This document shows, piece by piece, positions 8,233 to 19,500 of a stretch of 64,000 nt of DNA. The stretch comes from Abditibacterium sp. (lineage in GTDB: Bacteria; Armatimonadota; Abditibacteriia; Abditibacteriales; Abditibacteriaceae). The position numbers and the translations under genes are program-made. Below the pieces are notes generated by a model. It did not search any database and had not been told where the DNA came from. It saw only the letters and a list, made by a program, of their open reading frames with translations. The stretch is taken from positions 1,568,001-1,632,000 of the forward strand of contig OZ251992.1 of NCBI GenBank assembly GCA_965246885.1, given 5' to 3'. Position 1 is the stretch's first letter. Each line of letters begins with the position of its first letter.

Positions 8233-10038
8233 CTAATGCGACAGGCGAGAATCTAAGCGGTCTAACTCGTGCCATAATTCCTGCGGCAGATGTTCGCCGA
8301 AGGTATCGTAAAACTCCTGAATTGAAGCTACCTCGCGCTTCCATTCTTCGATGTCCACCGCCAGCAGTTCCGTCATCGCCGCGTCCGAGACATCCAAGCC
8401 CGTCACGTCCAACTCGCGCGGCACCCAGCCGATGGGGGTGTCGAGGGCGTCGGCCTGCCCATCGGTGCGCTCGAAGATCCATTTGAGGACGCGGATGTTG
8501 TCGCCGAATCCGGGCCACAGAAACTTCCCGTCGGCGCCGCGCCGGAACCAGTTGACGCCGAAGATGAGCGACATTTTGTCGGGCGTGGTGCTTTGCGGGA
8601 TTTCGAGCCAGTGGGCGAAATAGTCGCCCATGTGGTAGCCGCAAAAGGGCAGCATCGCCATCGGGTCGCGGCGGATTTGGCCGACTTGACCGCTCGCGGC
8701 GGCGGTGGTTTCGCTCGCAATGGTGGAGCCGATAAAGACCCCGTGCGCCCAATCGCGCGCTTGAAAAACGAGGGGCACCGTCGCAGGGCGACGCCCGCCG
8801 AATAGGATGGCTGAGATGGGCACGCCGCGCGGGTCGTCGTAGGCCGGGTCAATGACGGGACACTGCGACGCGCGCGCGGAAAAGCGGGCGTTGGGGTGGG
8901 CCGCGGGCGTGAGCGAGTCGGGCGTCCAAGAGTTGCCGCGCCAGTCGGTGAGATGCGCCGGTTTCTCGTCGGTTAAACCTTCCCACCACACGTCGCCGTC
9001 GGGCGTGCGCGCCACGTTGGTGAACACAACGTCCCGCTTCAAGGTGCCGATGGCGGCGGGGTTTGTCGCGGGGCTTGTGCCCGGCGCAACGCCGAAGAAG
9101 CCGAACTCCGGGTTGACGGCATACAGGCGCCCGTCGGCTTTGACGCGCAGCCACGCGATGTCGTCGCCGACGCACTCGATCTTCCAACTGGGCAGGGTGG
9201 GCGTCATCATGGCCAAGTTCGTTTTGCCGCACGCGCTTGGAAACGCGGCGGCGAAGTATTTCTTGCGCCCTTGGGGGTTGGTGATGCCCAAAATCAGCAT
9301 ATGCTCGGCCATCCACCCCTCGTCGCGCGCCATGACGGACGCGAGGCGTAGCGCGAAGCACTTCTTGGCAAGAAGCGCGTTGCCGCCGTAGCCGCTCCCG
9401 AAACTCCAAATTTGCCGCGCTTCGGGAAAATGCGCGATCATGCGCGCGTCGGGGTTGCACGGCCACGCGACATCCGCCTCACCTTCCTTTAAAGGCGCGC
9501 CAAGGGAATGAACGCACTTGACAAAATCCTCGCGCGCTCCCAAAGGCCGCAACACTTCGTGCCCACAGCGTGTGGTCAACCTCAGCGACAAGGCGACGTA
9601 GGGCGAATCGGTGATCTCGACGCCGATGCGCGCGATGCGCGAATCGAACGGCCCCAGACAAAACGGCACCACGAACATGGTGCGGCCCCTCATGCAGCCA
9701 TCGAAGAGGCCGAGCAGGTGCGACTTGGTGGCTTTGGGGTCGCGCCAATTGTTGGTCGGGCCAGCGTCTACGGGACGTTTGGAGCAGATAAAGGTCTGCT
9801 CCTCGACGCGCGCGACATCGCGCGGGTCACTTCTCGCCAAGAAGGAGTTCGGGCGCAAGTCTGGGTTGAGTTGTTCGAGCGTTCCCGCTTCGACCATGCC
9901 ATCGGCGAGCCATTCGTATTCCGCTTCGCTCCCATCGCACCAGTGCACGGCATCAGGCTGGCAAAGCGCGACCTTGCCAGCGACCCAGTCAAAGAGCGCC
10001 TCGTTCTGCGTGATTTCAAGGGGAAAGGGGATGTTCAT
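8233..10038 (-). CDS. pckG: Phosphoenolpyruvate carboxykinase (GTP)
   Basis: [31 protein letters not shown] and HPNARF motifs. Confidence 0.97.
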   Translation of the reverse strand: MNIPFPLEITQNEALFDWVAGKVALCQPDAVHWCDGSEAEYEWLADGMVEAGTLEQLNPDLRPNSFLARSDPRDVARVEEQTFICSKRPVDAGPTNNWRDPKATKSHLLGLFDGCMRGRTMFVVPFCLGPFDSRIARIGVEITDSPYVALSLRLTTRCGHEVLRPLGAREDFVKCVHSLGAPLKEGEADVAWPCNPDARMIAHFPEARQIWSFGSGYGGNALLAKKCFALRLASVMARDEGWMAEHMLILGITNPQGRKKYFAAAFPSACGKTNLAMMTPTLPSWKIECVGDDIAWLRVKADGRLYAVNPEFGFFGVAPGTSPATNPAAIGTLKRDVVFTNVARTPDGDVWWEGLTDEKPAHLTDWRGNSWTPDSLTPAAHPNARFSARASQCPVIDPAYDDPRGVPISAILFGGRRPATVPLVFQARDWAHGVFIGSTIASETTAAASGQVGQIRRDPMAMLPFCGYHMGDYFAHWLEIPQSTTPDKMSLIFGVNWFRRGADGKFLWPGFGDNIRVLKWIFERTDGQADALDTPIGWVPRELDVTGLDVSDAAMTELLAVDIEEWKREVASIQEFYDTFGEHLPQELWHELDRLDSRLSH

Positions 10039-10138
10039 GGAATTAATCGCTTTGTTTTCCCGAAACGGGACGAGACGGGCAGTGTAAGGCGCGCAGTTTG
10101 CCTATTCTTCCCTTGATTCCATAGCAGGAACAACTCCG

Positions 10139-10777
10139 ATGAAAAAACTCTTGATGACGGGCCTCGCCCTTTCCCTTGTTGCTGGCGCCCATGCCAAGCC
10201 GATGAAGATGATGGCGCCCATGCCCTCGACCCCTGAACAAGTGGCGCCGCTTAAAAACGCCGTCGCCGCGAACTACGACCGCCTTTATACCCTCGCCGCC
10301 AGCGCAACCAACCTCAACGAAGTGGCGCTGGGCAAATTGGCCATGACGCACACGCGCAACCCCGACGTGCTCGCCATCGCCAAAATGACCCTGACCGAAC
10401 ACGGCGCCGCCGAGCGCGACCTCGCCGCCGCCGCGCGTGCCGAAGGCTTCCCCCTCTCGCCCGATCCCGGCCCGGTTAACAAAGCCTTCGGGGAGAAACT
10501 GGCCACCTTACGCGGCGCGGCATTCGACAAGATGTATCTCGCCGCGCAAGTCGCCGGTCACGAGACGGCCATCACCCTGACTACGCACGAAGTCGAAACC
10601 GGCCAGAACGCGCGCATCAAAGCCTACGCGTCCAACAAGCTCCCCGGCATCATCGGTCACACCTCGATGATCTACACCTGCGCCGCCAAATTTGGCGCGC
10701 CCGGCTCTAACCTGCGCCCCGCCGCCGTCAAAAAAGCCGCGATGGAAGTTGCCATGAAGAAAATGGGCAAGATGTAG
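10139..10777 (+). CDS. Secreted DUF4142 domain protein
   Basis: Signal peptide; EVALGKLA...L.GAAFDKMYL..QVAGH pattern. Confidence 0.85.
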   Translation: MKKLLMTGLALSLVAGAHAKPMKMMAPMPSTPEQVAPLKNAVAANYDRLYTLAASATNLNEVALGKLAMTHTRNPDVLAIAKMTLTEHGAAERDLAAAARAEGFPLSPDPGPVNKAFGEKLATLRGAAFDKMYLAAQVAGHETAITLTTHEVETGQNARIKAYASNKLPGIIGHTSMIYTCAAKFGAPGSNLRPAAVKKAAMEVAMKKMGKM

Positions 10778-10792
10778 TTCCAACCCACCCAA

Positions 10793-10824
10793 AAAGCCCC
10801 GCGACGGATCCGTCGCGGGGCTTT
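10793..10824. terminator. Perfect 32-bp palindrome between convergent genes, likely a bidirectional terminator
   Basis: AAAGCCCCGCGACGGATCCGTCGCGGGGCTTT. Confidence 0.75.
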
Positions 10825-10826
10825 CG

Positions 10827-12509
10827 TTATCCGCTTTCCAAACACCGGCGCCACGCGCGAAGCGCCCAACCCCACAGCGCCGCGCACACGCCAGCCAGCG
10901 AGAGCAGCATGGGAGAGACGGGCGCGGCGTCCGTTCCACCCACCACAAGCGCGCGGATGGGAACCAGCCACACCACTTCAATCGGTGCGGGCGCCGCAAA
11001 CAGCATCGGCGAAAAGACGGCGGGTAACACCAAGAACAAGACCACCAACGCGCCCAACGTCGCGGGCGTTGCTAATGTCACCGCCCGAAAACGCAGCCCG
11101 CACACGGCTCCAAGGAGAGACGACAGCAAGAGCAACCCCGCACCAATGCACGCTTCCTCCGCGATGCGAAGAGGGCTTGCGGGAAGTGCGGCCAAACCCA
11201 AGCCAACGAGTGGAATCCCCCAAAAGCGTGCGCCGAGCAGAATGGGCGTGACGACTTTGGCACCCACGATTTGCGGAGGGGATAGCGCTGTCAGTTGCAG
11301 TTGCGCCATCATGTTGCCCGCCCGCTCGCGCGCCCATCCGCCCGACGAGAGTAGCGCGGTCTGCACCGTCGCCGCGCCGATAAGGAGGTCGAAACAGACG
11401 TGCAACGTCGTCGCTACCCCCGAAGTTATCACGCCCAAGAGAGCCAGCGCAGCCCCGACGAGAAGCGCCGCGCGAATCGAAAAGACCGGCGCTGGTTCGC
11501 CAATGAGGAGCACCCGCCGCCACGCCCGCAGTTGCGTTCGCACGTCACGTTCTGCCAACACGTTGCGAGATGCGAGGGCTTCCAATTGTAAATCGAGCTT
11601 AGACGGAGGCGGTTCCAGTAGGCCGCGCTCCACCTGCGCCGCGTTCATGGTGCGCGCCAACTCCTGCGCGCTCATCGGCTCTCGCGCCTGCTTTGCGCCC
11701 GCCGACATCCTCAGAAGTTGCGGCTCCAAGCGTAGGGGAACGGTGTCCGGGTCTGGCGACCAGTCAGGCGTTTGCGGCGCGTCTATTTCGAGGTGACGGG
11801 TCAGGAAATAAATCTCCTCCTCGACGCGCCGTAGCAAATAAAGCGGCAACATCGCCGCCACCACGCCGCCCGCCAACAGAAGTTCTGGTGCAAGTGACGG
11901 CGCCAGATACAGGAGCGGGCACGCGAAAAAGCCCACCACCCACGTTCTGACCGTCGCGTCCAAGATGGCCGATGAAACCGTCTTGTGAGTTGCCGACACC
12001 GCTGACCCCATTGCGCACGACGCGAGCGCGACGCCCACGCACAGCGTGTTCGCCGCCACAAAATCCATGGGGGACACACCGCCCAACGGAAAACACAGCG
12101 CCGCAACGGGAAGCGGCGCGACCACCAACACAAGCGCGAACGACGCGAGCGAACTCCACTTGGCCCGCACGATTTGGCGGCTCTCGATACCCGCTAAGGC
12201 CAACTCCGGCAACGACCGCCTCTCCCGCTCCAACGCCAAGACGGGCGCACCCAACAGCAAACCAAGTGGCACCCATCCCGCGATTTGCCACGCCACGAAA
12301 TGCCAAAACAGTGGCGCCCCCAACCCCAACCCCTGCTTGGAAAACGGGATTTCGCCCTGCGGCACGAGCGCCCCGTAGAACACCCGCGCCAAAATCGCCA
12401 GCGCCCCCGCATACGCGCCCAGCAGCAAAAATGTCCAAGGCCGCCGCCAGCGCCCGCGCACTTCGCGCACCCACAACGGGTCACGTTCTTTGGCCGCGCG
12501 GGGAAACAT
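10827..12509 (-). CDS. ABC-2-type permease-like membrane protein with two repeated halves
   Basis: DPLWVREVRGRWR, ERERRSLPELAL and RERAGNMMAQLQLTALSP.QIV.AK motifs; many TM segments. Confidence 0.7.
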   Translation of the reverse strand: MFPRAAKERDPLWVREVRGRWRRPWTFLLLGAYAGALAILARVFYGALVPQGEIPFSKQGLGLGAPLFWHFVAWQIAGWVPLGLLLGAPVLALERERRSLPELALAGIESRQIVRAKWSSLASFALVLVVAPLPVAALCFPLGGVSPMDFVAANTLCVGVALASCAMGSAVSATHKTVSSAILDATVRTWVVGFFACPLLYLAPSLAPELLLAGGVVAAMLPLYLLRRVEEEIYFLTRHLEIDAPQTPDWSPDPDTVPLRLEPQLLRMSAGAKQAREPMSAQELARTMNAAQVERGLLEPPPSKLDLQLEALASRNVLAERDVRTQLRAWRRVLLIGEPAPVFSIRAALLVGAALALLGVITSGVATTLHVCFDLLIGAATVQTALLSSGGWARERAGNMMAQLQLTALSPPQIVGAKVVTPILLGARFWGIPLVGLGLAALPASPLRIAEEACIGAGLLLLSSLLGAVCGLRFRAVTLATPATLGALVVLFLVLPAVFSPMLFAAPAPIEVVWLVPIRALVVGGTDAAPVSPMLLSLAGVCAALWGWALRAWRRCLESG

Positions 12510-12539
12510 GGCGGGGAGTGTAGATTGGCGGTGACGCCC

Positions 12540-13493
12540 TCACCCTGCCCGCAAGCCAAAGTCGCCCATGCCAAAGCCTTTGGGTTCGGGCAAATGCGCG
12601 CGCACCTGCGCGTCCGCAAAACGGGTGCGCGGCACTAAATCGGCGGGGAGCGGCGACGCGACGCCAACGGGCAGGGCGCTTTCCACTGGCTCGGACAGCA
12701 TGAAAACTTGCGCCGATGAGATGAGCGGGATCGGCATCAACCGCTCGAAAATCTGCGCCAGAACTTGGTGCCCCACAACGGGAAACGGGAAGACCAGCAC
12801 CGGGCGGCGAATCAGGCGCGCCACTTTATGCACCGCGTCGGACAAACGCATTCTGTCCGGCCCCAACACGGCGACCGTTTGATGGGACAGGCGCCCCTGC
12901 GTCAGGCACGCGAGGACAACCTTGACGACGTCTTCGACCGCGACGGGCCGAATCGCTTTCTGGCGCAAGCCCACCGTCGCAAACAGCGGGAAAGAGTGCA
13001 GCGTGTGCGACAGATGGTCGAGCATATGGTCGCCGCGCCCATACGTCATGCCCGGCTTGAGAATCGTCCAGTCGAGGTCGCTCGCCCGCACAATTTGCTC
13101 GGCGGCCCACTTCGATTCGTGATACGCCGAGCCGCAACTGGGACGCGCCCGCACGAACGACAGCAGCGCCAGCTTCGGCACGCCCGCGCGCCGGGCCGCT
13201 TCGACCACGTTGCGCGTGCCCCCAACGTGAACGCGCTCATACGTTTGCTCGCCGATTTCGCGGTTGATTCCCGCACAGTGCGCGACGCCGTCGCAGCCCG
13301 CGAACGCTTGGGCTAATTGCTCCACCGAGTCCGTGCCGACAGCCAGAAAGCGAACGCCCGCCAACTCCCGTATCGCCAAGTCGCGCGTATCGCGCCCACG
13401 CGACAGTAACACGACCTCATGCCCATCCGCGACCAAGGCGCGAGCGAGATGGCGCCCGACGAAACCGGTGCCTCCGGTAATGGCGATTTTCAT
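12540..13493 (-). CDS. NAD(P)-dependent epimerase/dehydratase (NDUFA9-like)
   Basis: ITGGTGFVG, HCAGI and YHESK motifs. Confidence 0.9.
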   Translation of the reverse strand: MKIAITGGTGFVGRHLARALVADGHEVVLLSRGRDTRDLAIRELAGVRFLAVGTDSVEQLAQAFAGCDGVAHCAGINREIGEQTYERVHVGGTRNVVEAARRAGVPKLALLSFVRARPSCGSAYHESKWAAEQIVRASDLDWTILKPGMTYGRGDHMLDHLSHTLHSFPLFATVGLRQKAIRPVAVEDVVKVVLACLTQGRLSHQTVAVLGPDRMRLSDAVHKVARLIRRPVLVFPFPVVGHQVLAQIFERLMPIPLISSAQVFMLSEPVESALPVGVASPLPADLVPRTRFADAQVRAHLPEPKGFGMGDFGLRAG

Positions 13494-13505
13494 GGTGCTT
13501 GGAAT

Positions 13506-14771
13506 TTAGCGGCTTCCGGCGATGACGCCGTGCGCGCGGTCTTTTTGGAGTTGCGAGGCCGTCGTGATGCCTTCGCGCTGGGTAATGCCCAAGTTCGCGC
13601 CGGGCTGGATGAGGTCGGCCTTTTGGCTGGACAAAAGCGTCTCGACATCGGTGACGCCCTCCAAGCCGCGCGAGAGGACGTTGTAAAGCGGATTGCGCTC
13701 GACGGGGTCCCTGCCTACTTCGAGAATCATCTCGACCAGTTCGCGCGAAGTCAGCACTTGCTTGCGGTCGCGGGTGGGGTCGCGGATGATTTCGTATTCC
13801 ATGATGGTGCCGTCCACATCATCCGCGCCGAACCAAAGGGCCGCTTGCGAGACGGGCGCGGTGTTCATAATCCAGAACGTCTTGATGTGCGGGAAGTTAT
13901 CCAGCATGAGGCGCGCGACGGCGATTTCGCGCAGGTCTTCCACGCCTGTTGGCGCCGGTAGCTCTTCCATCGCCGTCTTTTCCGGGTGCCACGAGAGCGG
14001 GATAAAGGTGAGGAAGCCGCCGGTTTCGTCTTGCAGTTCGCGCAGGCGTAGGAAGTGCTCGACCTTTTCGGGCGTCTGCTCCACATGGCCATACAAGAGT
14101 GTCGCGTTCGACTTGATGCCCGCAATGTGCGCGGCGCGCGCCAATTCCAGCCAGCGCTCGGCATTGGGTTTGGCGAAGAAGAGGTCTTCGTGAACGCGCT
14201 CGCTCATCACTTCGGCGCCGCCGCCGGGAATGGCGTCCAGCCCGGCGGCTTTCAAGTCGGCATAAACCTCCTCTGGCGCTTTCTTGGCCGCGCGCACGAT
14301 TTGGTCTATCTCCACCATCGTGAACGCTTTGATGTGCGCCTTGGGCCGGGCGGCTTTGATGGCTATCAGCAGTTCGAGGTAGTAAGCGTAGGGCAGCTTG
14401 GGATTGACGCCGCCGACGATGTGGATTTCGCTAATCGGCACGTCGCCGTAGTTGGCCACCTTTTGCGCAGCCTGCTCTGGCGTCATGGTGTAGGCGCGCG
14501 GGTCGTCCTTTGGCTTTGCATAAAACGAGCAGAACAGGCAACCTTTATTGCACACGTTGGTGTAGTTGATGTGTTGGTTGCGCACCCAGTAGGCGACATT
14601 GCCGTTTTTTTGCTCGCGGACGAAGTTCGCTAAGTGTCCAACGGCGTTCAGGTCGGAGGCGCGATACAGCGTCAGGCCGTCCTCGAACGAGAGCCGCTCG
14701 CCGCGCGCGACCTTGTCGGCGATGGCGCCAAGGCCCGCGCGTTCGAGGCGGCTTTGGAAAACGGGATTCAT
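13506..14771 (-). CDS. mqnE: Aminofutalosine synthase (radical SAM, CofH/MqnE family)
   Basis: HINYTNVCNKGCLFCSF, PGGGAE, SNATLLYGHVE and ARLMLDNFPHIK motifs. Confidence 0.8.
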   Translation of the reverse strand: MNPVFQSRLERAGLGAIADKVARGERLSFEDGLTLYRASDLNAVGHLANFVREQKNGNVAYWVRNQHINYTNVCNKGCLFCSFYAKPKDDPRAYTMTPEQAAQKVANYGDVPISEIHIVGGVNPKLPYAYYLELLIAIKAARPKAHIKAFTMVEIDQIVRAAKKAPEEVYADLKAAGLDAIPGGGAEVMSERVHEDLFFAKPNAERWLELARAAHIAGIKSNATLLYGHVEQTPEKVEHFLRLRELQDETGGFLTFIPLSWHPEKTAMEELPAPTGVEDLREIAVARLMLDNFPHIKTFWIMNTAPVSQAALWFGADDVDGTIMEYEIIRDPTRDRKQVLTSRELVEMILEVGRDPVERNPLYNVLSRGLEGVTDVETLLSSQKADLIQPGANLGITQREGITTASQLQKDRAHGVIAGSR

Positions 14772-14882
14772 ACCGGGAAAAACGAACGGGACGATGGGGG
14801 GACGCCCACTTTTTTCGATTGAGAGAACAGAGGCAGAGTAGGAGACAGTTCGGGTAAATTATTCGGCGATTTCGGAGGATTT

Positions 14883-16508
14883 ATGCGGTCGTTCTCTCTT
14901 CTACTTTGGGCCGTTGGTGCCGCCTTGTGCTTGTGCGCGGGCGCCGCGCCGTGTGGTGCGGCGACTTTCGCCGCTAAAGCTGACTATCCTACTGGCGCCA
15001 ACCCTTATTCCCTTGCAAGCGGCGACTTCAACCGCGACGGAAACCTCGATTTGGCCGTCGCCAATCGAAGTAGCAACACTGTCTCTATCTTCTTAGGCCA
15101 TGCCGATGGCACCTTCGCCCCCAAAGTGGATTACCCGACGGGAACCAACCCGCTTTTCGTGGTCGCCAGCGATTGGAACCGCGATGGTATCCCCGACCTC
15201 GCTGTGTCCAACACCGGGAGCGATACCGTTTCCATCCTTATAGGTAAAGGCGACGGCACCTTCGGCGCCAAAACCGATTATGCCGTTGGCACCAACCCCT
15301 ATGGCGTCGCGGTCGGCGACTTCAACGGTGACGGAAAGATAGACCTCGCCGTCGCTAATTTCTCTGCGGCCTCCGTCTCCGTCCTGCTTGGAGATGGAAG
15401 CGGCGCCTTCGCCGCCAAAGTGGACTACCCCACCGGCACCAACCCCCGCTCCCTCGCTATTGGGGACTTCAACCGCGACGGCCACCTTGACCTCGCCATC
15501 AGCAATTATGGGAGCGACACCGTTTCCATCTTGCTTGGGCGCGGCGATGGCACGTTCAACGCCAAAGCTGATTACTCAACTGGCAGAAACCCGTTGGCCG
15601 TCGTCGCCAATGATTTCAACGGCGATGGCAACCCGGACTTGGCCATATCCAACAGTGGGGACGGCACTGTCTCCATTCTTATTGGAAGCGCGAGCGGTGC
15701 GTTCGGCGGCAAGACCAACTTTTCTACTGGCGCCACACCCGCCTCAATTGCGGTCGCTGATTTCGACGGTGACGCCCACCTTGACCTCGCCGTCGCCAAC
15801 TACGGAAGTAATAATCTTTCTTTCCTCGCGGGCAAAGGAAATGGCGCCTTCAGTCCCAAAGCGGATACCGCAATAGGCAGCAACCCCTACTTCGTGTTGA
15901 GCGGCGACTTCAACCATGACGGGGCATCTGACCTCGCTGTCGCCAACTACGGGGCCAACACCCTTTCCGTTCTGCTCAACACGACCACCGCTCCCGTTGC
16001 CACGCCCAGTGCGCTTTTTAGTGAGTTTCGTTTGAGCGGGCCGGGTGGGTTAGGGGACGAGTTCATCGAGCTGGCCAATGCAACGGGCGCGTCTGTGGAC
16101 GTGAGCGGTTGGAGCGTAGTGGCGGGGGGCGTGACCGTTCCGCTGAGCGGGGTCATTGCGGCGAGGGGGCACCTGTTGCTGGCCAATGCGGGCGGGTATT
16201 CTTTGGGCGGGGCCGCTCCCGCCGACCTGAGCTACTCCGGCGACATCCCGACCGATGCTACTGGTGGCGCTGGTGTCCACGAGGTTGAAGTCCGTCGTGG
16301 TGTTGCCCGTGTTGGACGGGGCGCCGCTTTCGAGGCGCCGCACGTAGGCATATTGGTCAGTCGCGTTGGGTGGGATGGGCGAGGCCCCGACCGTGTCCAC
16401 GACGGTGCCCCCGGCGTTCTGGAGGGTGAGGCCGCCATCGGAAGGCAGGTCGCCGGTGTAGGTCACATCTCCCGCAACGCCCAAGGAGTAGCCACCACTG
16501 TTAGTTAA
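14883..16508 (+). CDS. Secreted FG-GAP/VCBS repeat protein with a truncated lamin-tail-like module (gene A); sequence after about 16254 is chimeric
   Basis: Signal peptide, seven GDFNxDGxxDLAVAN repeats, then LFSEFRLSGPGG..DEFIEL. After DIPT it reads the antisense strand of the neighbouring gene. Confidence 0.85.
   Translation: MRSFSLLLWAVGAALCLCAGAAPCGAATFAAKADYPTGANPYSLASGDFNRDGNLDLAVANRSSNTVSIFLGHADGTFAPKVDYPTGTNPLFVVASDWNRDGIPDLAVSNTGSDTVSILIGKGDGTFGAKTDYAVGTNPYGVAVGDFNGDGKIDLAVANFSAASVSVLLGDGSGAFAAKVDYPTGTNPRSLAIGDFNRDGHLDLAISNYGSDTVSILLGRGDGTFNAKADYSTGRNPLAVVANDFNGDGNPDLAISNSGDGTVSILIGSASGAFGGKTNFSTGATPASIAVADFDGDAHLDLAVANYGSNNLSFLAGKGNGAFSPKADTAIGSNPYFVLSGDFNHDGASDLAVANYGANTLSVLLNTTTAPVATPSALFSEFRLSGPGGLGDEFIELANATGASVDVSGWSVVAGGVTVPLSGVIAARGHLLLANAGGYSLGGAAPADLSYSGDIPTDATGGAGVHEVEVRRGVARVGRGAAFEAPHVGILVSRVGWDGRGPDRVHDGAPGVLEGEAAIGRQVAGVGHISRNAQGVATTVS
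16003..16254 (+). repeat. 252-bp inverted repeat, partner at 22271-22522
   Basis: By-eye comparison found no mismatch to the reverse complement of 22271-22522. Confidence 0.9.
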
Positions 16509-19500
16509 TAAGAGGTGCCCACGCGCCGGGATGTTGCCGGTGATGGCGATGGGCGCGGACGCGCCGCCCAACACCTGCCAGCCCGTCAGGTTGAGCGCGC
16601 CACCGGTGGTGTTGCAAAGCTCGATGAACTGGTCGCTGTTGCCACCCGGCCCGGTCAGGCGGTATTGGCTAATCAGCGCGCCCGAAATGGCGGGAGGAAT
16701 GGCGGGAGATTCGATGGCGCCGATGTCCACGATGCCGCCGATGACGCGCGGATGGCCAACGCCGCGCTGGTCGTAGGGGGTGGCGGTCGCGTCGAAGGTG
16801 GGGTTGCCCGCGTTGGCGGCGGGGCTACCAGCAAGCAGCAGTTGGGTTTGCGTCGGGCCGCCGTTGTCGGCGAGGGCGCCCAGAAGCGGGTCTTGGCCCG
16901 TCACGTTGTGCGTGCCGGAAAGCGTGGCGTCCGTAATGTCGCGCACGAGGTTGTAATCGCCCGCTTGGACGGTGCCCTCGATGTCGGCGCCCGATGCCGA
17001 GGCGGTGTTATTGGCGACGATGCTGTTGGTCAGCGTCAGGTAGTTGGCTTGATAGATACCACCGCCGGAGTAACCGTTGCTGGCCGCGTTTTCGGTGATG
17101 GTGCAGTTGTTGATGGCCACGACGCCCGCGACGAAAACGCCGCCACTGTCCCCGTTAGTCGCCGCGTTGCCGTTGACGGTGGTGTTGTTGAGCGTGACAT
17201 TGCCTGCCGCGTAGATGCCGCCGCCATAGCCACTGGTGGCGGTGTTGCCGCTCAGGGTGCTGGCGTTGACGGTGAGGGTGCCATAGAAGTAGTTGTAAAC
17301 GCCGCCGCCGTTGTTGGCCGAGGTGTTGTTCGAGACAGTGCAAGCGTTCAGCGTCAGTGCGCCCTGATCGTTGTAAATGCCGCCTCCACCAGATGAGAAA
17401 ACCGCGTTGCCGGTGACGACGACGCGGTTGAGCGTGGTGGTGTCTTGGTAATAGTTGTAAAGACCGCCGCCGTAGGTCGCGGTGCTGCCGTTAGTGATGG
17501 TGAGGTCGGAGATGTTGACGACAGTTCCAGAGTTTGTGCCGGACAAGTTGAAGACGCGGCTGAGGCCACCGCCGTTGACGGTCAGCTTGGCCGTCCCGGT
17601 GCCTTGGATGTCCACGCTGCCGGTCACGAGGAGTTCCGTTCCGCCGAGGTTGATGCTTTGGGGAGACGCGAAGGCGCTGGGGTCGAAGGAAATGGTCGCG
17701 GCGCTGGTGTAGTGGTTGGCGGCGCGGATGGCTTGGCGGAGCGAGCAGTCGCCAACGGCGCAGGCGCCATCGGCGTCGGTGCTGTTGGTGACGACGAAGG
17801 AGGGGCCGGATTGGACGGTCTTGGTGGAGCCGGACTCGACGGCGCCGATGTCATTCGCCGCACCGACGGGCCGGGCGAGGCCGCGCTGGTCTACGTTGGA
17901 CTCCGTGAGGCCAACGTCAATGGCGGGGCTACCGGCGAGAGGCAAGTGGGTGAGCGTCGGGCCGCCGTTGTTGGAAAGGGCGCCGAGTTTGGGGTCTTTG
18001 CCAGTGACGTTGTGGGTGCCAGAAAGGGTGGCGCCGCTCGTGGACTTAACGAGGTTGTAGTCGCCGCTATTGACGGTGCCCTTGATGTCGGGGCCGGTGC
18101 CGCCCGAAGCGAGGTTGCCGCCGACGATGGTGTTGTTGAGCGTGAGATTGTTGCCGTCGTTGGCGATGCCGCCGCCGCCGTTGCCCGACCCGCCGATGGA
18201 AGCGGCGTTGAGCGTGAGGGTGGAGTCGGACACGTTCAAGGCGCTGCTGTTGTAAATGCCGCCGCCGAAGCCGCCGTTGGGACATTTGTTGGCCGAGAAG
18301 GTGGAGTTGGAAACGGTGACGTTGCTGTATTGGTTATAGATGCCGCCACCACTGCCCGCGCCTTTGGCGAGGTTGCCGGAGAAGGTGCTGGAATCAACGG
18401 ACAGTGTGAGGTTGGAGGCGAAAATGCCGCCGCCGCCGTTGCCCGCCCCGCCAGTAGTAGTGCTGTTGCCAGCGAAGGTGGTCTTCGAGATGTTGACGGT
18501 GCCGTATTGAACATACAAGCCGCCGCCCTGCGTGGCGGCGATGTTGCCGGAGAAGGTGCAGTTGGTAATGGTGTCGCCGTCGTATAAAAACATGCCGCCG
18601 CCGGCGCCGGTCGCGGTGTTGCTCGAAAAGGTCACGTCAGACAGGAACACATGCTTATCTCCACTCGTACCCTCCGCGTCCAAACCGCCGCCGTTGCCAG
18701 CCGCGTTGCCTTTGGTGATGGTCAAACCGGAGATGTTGTAAGCCGCGTCTGCGGTCAAGTTGAACACGCGACTGGCGTTGTTGCCGCTCACGGTCAATTT
18801 GGCCGAGCCGGGGCCGATGAGGGTGGCAGCTTGCGAGAGGGCCAACTCGGTTCCGCCGAGGGTGATGGTTTGGGCGCTTGCGAAGGCGGAAGCGTCGAAG
18901 GTAATGGTGGGCGGGTCGAAGGAGTTGTTGGCCGCGCTCACCGCTTGGCGCAAGGAGCAGTTACCCGCCGCGCACGCGCCGTCCACGTCTGTTGTGTTGG
19001 TGACGGTGAAGGTGGGGCCGGGTTGAACGACGGCGGAGGAGCCGAACTCGTAGGCGCCGATGTCGTTGGCCGCGCCAACGGGCCGCACGCGCCCGCGCGC
19101 GTCGGCGAAGAGCGTGGAAGCGGGGTCGCCCGCGTCAATGGCGGGGCTGCCGCTTTGCAGGGCGACGGTTTGGACGGGGCCGCCGTTGTTGGCGAGGGGT
19201 TGGATGAGCGGGTCTACGCCGGTCAGGTTGTGCGTGCCGGAAAGCGTGGCGCCAGTTGCGTCTTGAAGGAGGTTGTAATCGCCGGAGCTAACGGTGCCGG
19301 AAAAGTCGGGGCCGGTGGTGTCACCGGGCGACGTGTTGCCCGCGACGAGGGTGTTGCTCATGTTGAACGTGCCCCCGGCGACGATGCCACCGCCCGCGCC
19401 GCCCGCGTTATCGGTGTTCGCGGTGTTGCCCGTGACGGTGCAAAACAGGAGGTTGGCGGTGGCGCCGTTGTTATACAAGCCGCCGCCGCCGCCCGCCGCG

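Noticed and set aside
14960..15980. 147-bp periodic DNA repeats
   Set aside because: These are simply the seven FG-GAP protein repeats of gene A.
16050..16508. Genuine overlapping antisense coding of genes A and B
   Set aside because: Both tails are explained as read-through across the 16255 junction into the other gene's reverse strand.
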